From a virus, in IMG/VR virus record IMGVR_UViG_3300030732_000036, positions 1-42,470 of that record: a DNA stretch of 42,470 nt. One strand, 5' to 3'. Each line of letters opens with the position of its first letter. The first letter of the stretch is position 1. The notes beneath the pieces are model-generated. The model saw only the letters and a list, made by a program, of their open reading frames with translations. It was not told where the DNA came from and ran no database searches. Below are positions 25,344-32,423 of the stretch, in pieces. The translations under genes and the position numbers were made by a program.

Positions 25344-25861
25344 TGCGCGCAGCACATATTCATAACGGAAAAGTCGCCAACATCGTCGAGGTGGAAAGCC
25401 TCGACTTCGCGGGCTTGCACCTGGTGGCCGATACCGACCTGTACGGGGGCGTTGCCAAGATCGGGGACAAGTGGGCGGGCGGCCGCTTCACCACCGAGGC
25501 GCCAGACGCGCAGGCCGCTTTTGCCGCCCAGGTCCAAGCCTACGATGCGGTGGTGCAAGCGCGCATCGACAGCGTGGCCCGCAGCTTCGGCTACGGGGAT
25601 CCGAACCAGCCCGAGGTGTCGCCGATCCTGCACGCCATCAGCTACGCCGAAGAGCCCGCCGTGCGCAAGTTCCAAGCCGAGGGCCGGGTGCTGCGCGCGT
25701 GGCGCTCGCACTACTGGGCGGCCTGCTGGCCGATCCTCGAAGACGTGCGCGCGGGTCGGCGCGCGGTCCCTACCCCGAATGCATTGCTGGTCGAGCTGGA
25801 CGCCATCGCGCCGGCGCCGACCGCTCAAGATGTTGCCGACGAGATCGCAACAATGCTGTAG
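25343..25861 (+). CDS. hypothetical protein after the fibre gene (possible fibre chaperone)
   Basis: TAATG coupling to the fibre gene. No motif recognised. Confidence 0.55.
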   Translation: MRAAHIHNGKVANIVEVESLDFAGLHLVADTDLYGGVAKIGDKWAGGRFTTEAPDAQAAFAAQVQAYDAVVQARIDSVARSFGYGDPNQPEVSPILHAISYAEEPAVRKFQAEGRVLRAWRSHYWAACWPILEDVRAGRRAVPTPNALLVELDAIAPAPTAQDVADEIATML

Positions 25862-25899
25862 AATCGCAACATTCCTTAACCTGCTTGAAGGAAACAATC

Positions 25900-26256
25900 A
25901 TGGCTGCTATCACCATCACCAAGCGCGCGGCGGCGCCGTTCCAAGTCACTGTAACCACCCTGACAGCGGCCGACACGCTGGCCTATGTCCCGAAAAAGAA
26001 TCAAGTCCTTGAGCTGCGCAATACCACCGCGTCGCCCGTCGTTGTCACCCTGGACGGCGACGCCGCCAGCGCGACGTTCCCGATACCAGGCACCGGCGGT
26101 ACCACGACGAACCTTTCCGGCGGCAAGGACATCACCGTTCCCGGCGTCATCGGCGCCACGATGGTTGTTCCGCTCGACTCGCTCACAAACTACCTGCAGG
26201 GCGCGGTCGCCGTCACCGGCGGCGTGGGCGTCACGGCGACGGTGCTGTCCGATTAA
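25900..26256 (+). CDS. hypothetical beta-rich protein (118 aa)
   Basis: GAAGGAA RBS. Thr/Val-rich, Ig-like composition. The upstream extension from 25471 was rejected. Confidence 0.55.
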   Translation: MAAITITKRAAAPFQVTVTTLTAADTLAYVPKKNQVLELRNTTASPVVVTLDGDAASATFPIPGTGGTTTNLSGGKDITVPGVIGATMVVPLDSLTNYLQGAVAVTGGVGVTATVLSD

Positions 26257-26285
26257 ATAAACCACCACCACCCACGGAGATCCAC

Positions 26286-26420
26286 ATGAAACGATTCAAA
26301 GTAGGCAACGGCAATCCGCCGCCACCCCCACCGGGCCCTGACAGCACCACGACGCCACCGCCGGATGCGGATAAAGTCGCACCGGAGGGTGAAGAGGATG
26401 CCGAGGGCGAAGGTTCGTAA
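26286..26420 (+). CDS. small Pro-rich acidic protein (44 aa)
   Basis: GGAG lies 6 nt upstream. Sequence is MKRFKVGNGNPPPPPPGPDSTTTPPPDADK.... TAATG coupling to the next gene. Below the ORF-track size cut-off. Confidence 0.4.
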   Translation: MKRFKVGNGNPPPPPPGPDSTTTPPPDADKVAPEGEEDAEGEGS

Positions 26421-26791
26421 TGGCATCCTATGCTGTCTTGCTGCTGATCGCTGTAGGCTTGAACCTGCGCGATCAGAGAATGCTAGCGCTGACCGCCCTG
26501 GTCGGTGTCGGTGTTTTTGCGCCTGTACCAGATGCTAATTTCTATCTGGTCTGCGCGCTCGGCGAGACGGCTATCACCCTCCTGGCGTTTCGGATCGCGG
26601 CGCCTGCATCGAAGTTGATCGGGCGAATCTCGGTGGTCCTGGTGGGTTGCCACGCGCTGGGCTACCTGCTCAACGGATACCCGCCTAGTAGCCCGTATCA
26701 CATCCTGGTGAAGCTGTGCGAGCACGCAGAGCTGTTGGCGTGCGTCCTGTTCTCGAACCCGTTCACGGAAAGGTTACGCAATGGGAGCTGA
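26420..26791 (+). CDS. holin candidate (multi-TMD membrane protein, 123 aa)
   Basis: Three to four hydrophobic segments. Lies upstream of the endolysin gene. Confidence 0.55.
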   Translation: MASYAVLLLIAVGLNLRDQRMLALTALVGVGVFAPVPDANFYLVCALGETAITLLAFRIAAPASKLIGRISVVLVGCHALGYLLNGYPPSSPYHILVKLCEHAELLACVLFSNPFTERLRNGS

Positions 26792-27122
26792 AGTCGAAAG
26801 CGCGGCCCGCTGGGCTGCTGTGCTGTTGGTGGGCATCCTGGGCTATTTCCTGCGCGACGCGCACCGTGATTTCAAAGCAGGCCTTGAGCGCAAGGCCGAT
26901 TTAAAAGCGCTGGACGACGCGTTCAGCGTCTACCGCAATGACATGCACGCCATGGAAGAACGGCACAAGGAAGAGACAGCGCGCCTAGAGCGCCAGTACG
27001 AGGTCCGGTTCTCCGGCGTGGTGGTGCAGTTCTCCGAACGCCTGAATGGCCTCGAGCGCAGCATGGGCGACAAAATGGATCTGATCCTAAATGTCGTCGA
27101 GCGGCGACACCCCAGGGGGTAG
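26781..27122 (+). CDS. N-terminal TMD + coiled-coil protein (i-spanin-like or holin/antiholin)
   Basis: TMD WAAVLLVGILGYFL is followed by a charged helical region. Overlaps the upstream gene by 11 nt. Confidence 0.5.
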   Translation: MGAEVESAARWAAVLLVGILGYFLRDAHRDFKAGLERKADLKALDDAFSVYRNDMHAMEERHKEETARLERQYEVRFSGVVVQFSERLNGLERSMGDKMDLILNVVERRHPRG

Positions 27123-27123
27123 C

Positions 27124-27615
27124 ATGAACGGATTCGAGCACGCATTCCGGGTACTGATCGGCCACGAGGGCGGGTACTCGAACCGCGACCCTGCCGCAGA
27201 TCCGGGCGGCGAGACCATGCACGGCATCACCGCGCGCGTAGCGCGGGCGTGGGGCTACAAGGGCGAAATGCGCCACCTGCCGCTGGCGACCGCGAAAGCC
27301 ATCGCCAAAAAAGAATACTGGGACCGGTATTCGTGCGACCAGCTGCCCCCGGCGATCGGGTTCCAGGTCTTCGACACGGCCTATCACGGCGGCCAACCGG
27401 TCAAATGGTTGCAGGAAGCGGTCGGCGTGGCCGCTGACGGCGTTATCGGCGCCAAGACGATTGCCGCAGTGCGCGCGGCCGACCCGCACCGCCTGGTGGC
27501 CCTATTCAACGCGCGCCGCCTGGTCTACCTCACCGGCCTGGCGAACTGGCCGCAGAATTCGAAGGGCTGGGCGCGGCGCATCGCCGCCAACTTGATGGAA
27601 GGGGTAGGGGCGTGA
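27124..27615 (+). CDS. endolysin, GH108 N-terminal domain + PG_binding_3-like C-terminus
   Basis: Motif HEGGYSNRDPAADPGGETMHGIT, then LQEAVGVAADGVIGAKTIAAV. The ATG lies 1 nt after the upstream stop. Confidence 0.85.
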   Translation: MNGFEHAFRVLIGHEGGYSNRDPAADPGGETMHGITARVARAWGYKGEMRHLPLATAKAIAKKEYWDRYSCDQLPPAIGFQVFDTAYHGGQPVKWLQEAVGVAADGVIGAKTIAAVRAADPHRLVALFNARRLVYLTGLANWPQNSKGWARRIAANLMEGVGA

Positions 27616-27896
27616 AAACAATTATCTTCATCGGCGCGTGCGGGGTGCTGGTCGGCTGCGCAGGCCTGCAGCAGGCTTTCCAGACCTACGGCGGGGTGGC
27701 CGTCACCAATGCGCGCGCCGCGAACGACACCCTGATCGAGGGCTACAAGGTCGGCATCTGCGCGCTGCCCTTCTCGGCCGTCATGCGTCACCCGGAGATG
27801 ATCCCGGCGATCGAGGCCCTGTGCCTGCCGCGGAGCGACGTGATCGGAGCCGAGCTGCTGCGCGCCGTGGAGCGCACGGCTGATCGGCCGCAATGA
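27612..27896 (+). CDS. lipoprotein (o-spanin candidate)
   Basis: GTGA coupling to the endolysin gene. Signal peptide with lipobox LVGC (MKTIIFIGACGVLVGC). Confidence 0.65.
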   Translation: MKTIIFIGACGVLVGCAGLQQAFQTYGGVAVTNARAANDTLIEGYKVGICALPFSAVMRHPEMIPAIEALCLPRSDVIGAELLRAVERTADRPQ

Positions 27897-28318
27897 GCGC
27901 CCGCCCGTATTTCGCGACCCAGCTGGCCGCGCGCTGGGTGAGCGAGAAGGGCCGCCGGCTGGTGGCGCCGCTGGTTTTCTACTCGGCCAAGTTTAACCGC
28001 ACGTTCACGGTGCCCGAGGGCTTCGAGACCGATTTCGCCAGCGTGCCGCGCCTGCCCTTCATCTACTGGCTGTTCGGCGGCGTGGCCGACGAGGCGGCCA
28101 CCCTGCATGATTATCTGTACACCGGGGTTGTTTCGCGCAAGGACGCCGACGCGATCTTCAGGGAGGCCATAGCGGTTTGCGGCACCCAGGGGTGGCGCGG
28201 CACCGCGATGTGGCTTGGGGTGCGCATCGGCGGGGGCTCGCACTACACGCCACCCGTGCCGGGCGCGGCGCCCGATGCGGTCGACCAGACCGAGCTGTCC
28301 GACGCCGCCAGCGGCTGA
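27893..28318 (+). CDS. DUF1353-like protein
   Basis: ATGA coupling. Motifs FETDFASVPR and TLHDYLY. Last plus-strand gene. Confidence 0.7.
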   Translation: MSARPYFATQLAARWVSEKGRRLVAPLVFYSAKFNRTFTVPEGFETDFASVPRLPFIYWLFGGVADEAATLHDYLYTGVVSRKDADAIFREAIAVCGTQGWRGTAMWLGVRIGGGSHYTPPVPGAAPDAVDQTELSDAASG

Positions 28319-28323
28319 TACGC

Positions 28324-28416
28324 CTACACCAGAACGGCCAGCACTGCGGCCACCAGCACCGCCCAGGTGACGGCAGGTTCGTTGCGCAAGAGCCATTTGA
28401 CGACACGAGCTTTCAT
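28324..28416 (-). CDS. possible 30-aa membrane peptide
   Basis: Sequence is MKARVVKWLLRNEPAVTWAVLVAAVLAVLV, with GAGAGG 6 nt upstream. It lies downstream of a terminator-like hairpin, so expression is doubtful. Confidence 0.3.
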   Translation of the reverse strand: MKARVVKWLLRNEPAVTWAVLVAAVLAVLV

Positions 28417-28440
28417 ATTCGACCTCTCGAGAGGAAAGAA

Positions 28441-28458
28441 GCCCCGCCGAAGCGGGGC
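28441..28458 (-). terminator. intrinsic terminator-like hairpin with UUCG loop
   Basis: Minus strand reads GCCCCGC-TTCG-GCGGGGC followed by TTCTTTCC. It lies 7 nt after the stop of the secreted-protein gene. Confidence 0.5.
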
Positions 28459-28464
28459 CGCCGG

Positions 28465-28884
28465 TTACTGCTTGGACATTTGCTTCAGCACGGAATGCAG
28501 CTGGCAGCCGTCATTCAGTGCCAGGCCGTAACTGTAGCTCAACACCGTTTGGCCCGAGTAGCATTGCGCGCTATCGTAGATCACCTGGAACCACCGTTGC
28601 GTGCCGGGCTGCTGCACCCAGTTGGTCGCGAAGTTCGGCACCGTCTTGAAGTTCGCGCACACGGCGCCGGCCGGGTCCACGTAGTATTTCAGGTCGGAAT
28701 CCACGCGGGTAGTGACCACCTGACCGGCCAGGCACTCGAAGCTGGCGGTGCGGTGCAGGGTGATGGCCAGTTGCGTGCCGCTCGGGGTGGTGACTTTCAG
28801 CGACTGCGGCAGATCCACGGCTTGGGCGGACAGGGCGAACATTGCGCAGGCGATGACGCAAGCGCGGGCAAAAAATTTCTTCAT
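28465..28884 (-). CDS. secreted / periplasmic protein with 4 mature Cys (moron-like)
   Basis: AAGGAGAA RBS. Signal peptide MKKFFARACVIACAMFALSAQA with an AQA-V cleavage site. No family recognised. Confidence 0.75.
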   Translation of the reverse strand: MKKFFARACVIACAMFALSAQAVDLPQSLKVTTPSGTQLAITLHRTASFECLAGQVVTTRVDSDLKYYVDPAGAVCANFKTVPNFATNWVQQPGTQRWFQVIYDSAQCYSGQTVLSYSYGLALNDGCQLHSVLKQMSKQ

Positions 28885-28974
28885 GGGTGATTCTCCTTTA
28901 GGTTATGAAAGGAAGCCTTTCACGGCCAAAGCCCGCTCGGGGCGGGCAAGGGTGGTGCTGTGAGCGGGCTTGTT

Positions 28975-29160
28975 TTAGGCTCGTGTGTAGCGGGCAATTG
29001 CCGATTTACCGAGTGTCGTTCTCGCGCAGTGACCGCAACGATTTTTCGATTTGGCGAACTCCACAGCGGAAACGGAAATCCCAGAAGTCACCGTTGTGCC
29101 GCGCCCGCATTGGGGCTGACCGCCAGGCTTTCCTGTCTTACTCAGGTGAAATGCAAACAT
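28975..29160 (-). CDS. small Cys-containing protein (61 aa)
   Basis: GGAGAAG lies 3 nt (ATC) upstream of the ATG. Contains C..R and CGHC motifs. Confidence 0.5.
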   Translation of the reverse strand: MFAFHLSKTGKPGGQPQCGRGTTVTSGISVSAVEFAKSKNRCGHCARTTLGKSAIARYTRA

Positions 29161-29197
29161 GATCTTCTCCAAATAGCCCCTTGCGGGGCGGTGGTTG

Positions 29198-29398
29198 TTA
29201 TGCGGCGCGCCGATTAAACAGAACCGTGGCAGCTTCCAGCGTCATGCCCTTTTCGACATAGCGCCAGGTTTTCGACATGCCGCCCTTGCAATGTGGCGCG
29301 TAGTTCTCGCACAGCTTGCACACGCCGAAGGTTTCGCCGTCCGCGATCAAGGCATATTTGATGCCGCGTTTGTTGGTGGCTGCCTTGATCGCTTTCAT
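29198..29398 (-). CDS. small Cys-containing protein (66 aa)
   Basis: AGGGGAAG RBS. Contains CKLC ... HC motif. First gene after the internal promoter at 29435-29462. Confidence 0.55.
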   Translation of the reverse strand: MKAIKAATNKRGIKYALIADGETFGVCKLCENYAPHCKGGMSKTWRYVEKGMTLEAATVLFNRRAA

Positions 29399-29434
29399 TT
29401 TCTTCCCCTTCGTAGTCGCGTTGTCGATGTAGGG

Positions 29435-29462
29435 ATAATAGCACAACCAAAAATTTGTACAA
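29435..29462 (-). promoter_or_regulatory. leftward extended -10 promoter: TTGTAC-N16-(TGc)TATTAT, overlapping near-palindrome TTTGTACAAG (29454..29463)
   Basis: Minus strand reads AGCTTGTACAAATTTTTGGTTGTGCTATTATCCC. It lies immediately after the SNF2 stop codon. Confidence 0.5.
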
Positions 29463-29465
29463 GCT

Positions 29466-30848
29466 TTATTTGTAACCGCGTACCTTCATCGCGTCCAACA
29501 GGATGTCCTGCACCGCGCGCTTGCTCTCCACCCGCTCCAGCACCATCTCGTCGACGGTGTCGCGCGCGATGATGTTGTAAATAAACATCGCCCGATCGTG
29601 GCCCGCCTGCATCTGCCGGGTGGGGCCGATCCGCTCGATGATCTGCAGCCTGTTTTCCAGGTTCCAGTCGTGTCCGAAGAACACCAGGATGTTCCCGCCA
29701 TCCTGCAGGTTCAGGCCGTGGCCTGCGCTGGCCGGGTGGGCGAACAGGACCGGGATTTTCCCGGCGTTCCAGTCGACGATGGTCTGCGGGTTCGCGTCGA
29801 GCTGGCGCCCCTTCGGGAACGCCTTCTTCAGCCTGGCCAAGTCCGACTTGAAATTGTACGCCACCAGCACCGGCATGCCCCCGGCTTCCTCGATGATGTC
29901 GTCGAGAGCGTCCAGCTTCGTGTCGTGGATGTCGCGCCACTCGGTGCCGCTCTCGCCCACGTAGGCCGCGCCGTTCGCGATCTGGAGGCATTTGACGGTG
30001 CGCGCGGCGGCGCCGAAGGCCTCCACCTGGTGCTCCTCCAGCTCCATGAACATGCGCTTCTCCATGTCCTCATACAGCGCGCGCGCCTTGGCCGGCAGGT
30101 CGACGTAGATGTTCGTGATGATCGGGTCGCGCAGGTCGAACCAGTCCTTCGCGTCGATAGTCAGGCAGAGGTCGCGTAGGGCGGCCTGTATCTGGCGCTG
30201 TGCGTGGTCCTTCGGCGTCACGCCGTAGCCGTCGTACGACTTCTCAAACCAGCGCTGGCGGAACCCGTCGTACGTCTTGCCCAGGCGCTGGCCTTTGTCG
30301 AGAAACCACATCTGGCCCCACAGGTCGGCCAGGCCATTGGGCGAGGGCGTGCCGGTCAGCTCGATGAACCGCTTTACCTCCGTGTGCGCCACCCGGTTAA
30401 GCGCCTTCGCGCGCGCGGTGCCCTGGCGCAGCCTGAAGCCCTTCAGCTTCGTGCTCTCGTCGCACACCACCGAGGCGAAGGGCCAGGCGCGTTTCTCGAA
30501 GTGCTCGACCAGCCAGGGCAACTGCTCGTAGTTGATCGTGCAGATGTTGGCGTCATAGCGCAGCGCGGCCAGGCGCTCCTTCTCGCTACCGACGATAGGC
30601 GAGATGGTCAGGTGGCGGAAGTTCGACCACTTGCGCACCTCGTCAGGCCAGGTGGACCGGGCCACCCGCAGCGGCGCCACGATCAGTGCCGGGCGGTCGT
30701 CGATCAGCTGCAGGGTGTCGAGGGTCGACAGCGTGCCGGCCGACTTGCCCATGCCCATCCCCGCCCAGGTCGCGCCGCGCGGCATGCCGAGCTGGTGATC
30801 GAGGATCAATTTTTGATAAGGCCGCGGGGTGAAGATGCGGCCGCTCAT
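29466..30848 (-). CDS. SNF2/DEAD-like helicase
   Basis: Motifs PRPYQ, GMGMGKS and VVCDEST, plus C-terminal helicase motifs (HPASAGHGLNLQ). ATGA coupling to the upstream gene. Confidence 0.85.
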   Translation of the reverse strand: MSGRIFTPRPYQKLILDHQLGMPRGATWAGMGMGKSAGTLSTLDTLQLIDDRPALIVAPLRVARSTWPDEVRKWSNFRHLTISPIVGSEKERLAALRYDANICTINYEQLPWLVEHFEKRAWPFASVVCDESTKLKGFRLRQGTARAKALNRVAHTEVKRFIELTGTPSPNGLADLWGQMWFLDKGQRLGKTYDGFRQRWFEKSYDGYGVTPKDHAQRQIQAALRDLCLTIDAKDWFDLRDPIITNIYVDLPAKARALYEDMEKRMFMELEEHQVEAFGAAARTVKCLQIANGAAYVGESGTEWRDIHDTKLDALDDIIEEAGGMPVLVAYNFKSDLARLKKAFPKGRQLDANPQTIVDWNAGKIPVLFAHPASAGHGLNLQDGGNILVFFGHDWNLENRLQIIERIGPTRQMQAGHDRAMFIYNIIARDTVDEMVLERVESKRAVQDILLDAMKVRGYK

Positions 30849-31093
30849 ACGCCGAAGCCCTTTAACAGGACTTCGCGGCGGATCTCTACCGGCACGAAAT
30901 TGAACGGGTGCGGATAGTTGTGCTGCAGCCGGCCGAGAACACATCGCGCATTGGGGTGGGCAAATACGGTCGCGCGCTCTATGTCGTCGGTCTCGTCCAC
31001 CCACGGCACGTCGTTACCCCATTTGTTTTGCACCCCCATGCGAAGAAAGGTGCCGTCCGCCTTCACGGCCACGAACGCCTGAGTTATTTTCAT
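30845..31093 (-). CDS. hypothetical protein (82 aa)
   Basis: Start ATG has GGCGGAAG upstream. Overlaps neighbours by 4 nt at both ends. Confidence 0.55.
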   Translation of the reverse strand: MKITQAFVAVKADGTFLRMGVQNKWGNDVPWVDETDDIERATVFAHPNARCVLGRLQHNYPHPFNFVPVEIRREVLLKGFGV

Positions 31094-31341
31094 ACTTCCG
31101 CCGATACATAACCGACGTTCGCGCCTTCCTGGGGCGCCGAGTCCGACAGCCAGCCGGCGCGCAGCGAGACCCCGTAAATCCACCAGCCTTTCGCGGTCCA
31201 CTTCTCCAGGATGGCCATGCCGCGCTGGAAGGGTATGCCTTGTTCGGCGCACACCACGTCAGCGAACGGGGCGCCGCCGTATTTGAATTTGCTTTTGTAG
31301 GCGCGCAGGGCGGCCATCAACTTGATTTCGTCAGCTTTCAT
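31090..31341 (-). CDS. hypothetical protein (83 aa)
   Basis: GGAGAGAAAA RBS before MKADEIKL. Coupled to neighbours on both sides. Confidence 0.55.
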   Translation of the reverse strand: MKADEIKLMAALRAYKSKFKYGGAPFADVVCAEQGIPFQRGMAILEKWTAKGWWIYGVSLRAGWLSDSAPQEGANVGYVSAEV

Positions 31342-31490
31342 TTTTCTCTCCATATTCCTCGGACTACTGCACCGCACAGGACACCACCGACCCAGCCGGC
31401 GACCCAGGCACGTTCAGGGGACGCGTGGGCGGCCAGGATGCTAACGGCGGCGATACCTACGGCAGCCAGCCCGTGCACGATCAAGCGCAT
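31338..31490 (-). CDS. small two-TMD membrane protein (50 aa)
   Basis: Sequence is MRLIVHGLAAVGIAAVSILAAHASPERAWVAGWVGGVLCGAVVRGIWREK. ATGA stop/start overlap with the next gene and 10-nt overlap with the previous one. Below the ORF-track cut-off. Confidence 0.45.
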   Translation of the reverse strand: MRLIVHGLAAVGIAAVSILAAHASPERAWVAGWVGGVLCGAVVRGIWREK

Positions 31491-31867
31491 GGCGGCACCT
31501 CGTCGACTTCATCACCGAAGGCAGCGCGCACGATGGCGCGGCACACCGCTACCAGCACGGTTTCCCCATAGACCTGGTCGCCGTCGCAGGGCTTGTCTTG
31601 ACTGCGGACATACCAGCCGCCACGGGGCCAGGTCGGGACCAATTCAGGGCGGTACTGTTCGATCAGCGGCCCGCACATCCGCCAGCTGGTGCTGTAGTCG
31701 ATGACGCCGACAGCCGTGGGGGCGCCGCCGAGGCGCTGGGCGACCAGTACGCAATGGTAATCGTCGGAGCGCTGCACCCGGCGGATCTCTAGCGATTCGG
31801 GTGGTACGCCCTCGGCGCGCGCGACCCAGTAGTCGAGGGCGGGGCCGATCAGGTTAGCGGTTTTCAT
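31481..31867 (-). CDS. DUF2591 / NinX-like protein
   Basis: The N-terminus MKTANLIGPALDYWVARAEG is typical of the family. ATGA coupling. Confidence 0.7.
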   Translation of the reverse strand: MKTANLIGPALDYWVARAEGVPPESLEIRRVQRSDDYHCVLVAQRLGGAPTAVGVIDYSTSWRMCGPLIEQYRPELVPTWPRGGWYVRSQDKPCDGDQVYGETVLVAVCRAIVRAAFGDEVDEVPPCA

Positions 31868-32109
31868 TTGACCACCTCGGAGACCCGCGCGGCCAGCATG
31901 GCATCAGCGATCTTGTACGCCTCTTCGGCGGCGTTCTCCGGGTATCGGAATTTCTCCACGCAACCCGGCAGTGCAGCCTTTGCGAAATCGTCGCGCAGAC
32001 CTGAGGGGTGGTTTGGAGAATTCAGCACGGCCAGCACCTCGGCGAGAGTCAGCCCGAAGTGTTCGGCCAGATGGTCGATTACTTCGGATTTGCTAAGTAT
32101 TCTTTTCAT
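31864..32109 (-). CDS. hypothetical protein (81 aa)
   Basis: ATGA coupling at both ends. Confidence 0.55.
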   Translation of the reverse strand: MKRILSKSEVIDHLAEHFGLTLAEVLAVLNSPNHPSGLRDDFAKAALPGCVEKFRYPENAAEEAYKIADAMLAARVSEVVK

Positions 32110-32423
32110 TTTAAAAGTTCCTCAATCTGTTCATAGGAATCGATCACCTCGACGCGCTGGCCCATCTTGCGCATGCGCGCGTGCTCGCGCAGCTGGTAGT
32201 CCTCGGGCTTCACACCGGGCGCCTTCAGTTCGACCCATACGGTGTTTCGCTCGTCGGCCACTTTGCCGTTAACCAAACGCGGGGACCGCGCGGGCAGCAT
32301 CACCACCCGATCAGGTGCGCCGCGCCGGCCGATCCATTTCACTTTGCGCACCTCGCCGCCTCGCTCCTTGACGCGCTGGACAAGGCGCTTTTCGATATCG
32401 CTCTCGCGCAGTGGGCGCTTCAT
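32106..32423 (-). CDS. VRR-NUC domain nuclease
   Basis: Motif pattern GAPDRVVMLP ... VWVELKAPGVKPEDYQLRE...G fits the PD...ExK...Q signature. Confidence 0.8.
   Translation of the reverse strand: MKRPLRESDIEKRLVQRVKERGGEVRKVKWIGRRGAPDRVVMLPARSPRLVNGKVADERNTVWVELKAPGVKPEDYQLREHARMRKMGQRVEVIDSYEQIEELLK

Noticed and set aside
28905-29217. Plus-strand 85-aa ORFs (28905-29162 and 28960-29217) between the lysis block and the SNF2 gene
   Set aside because: They have no RBS and overlap minus-strand small genes that have good GGAG-type RBSs and sit behind a promoter. Their orientation would also collide with the leftward operon.
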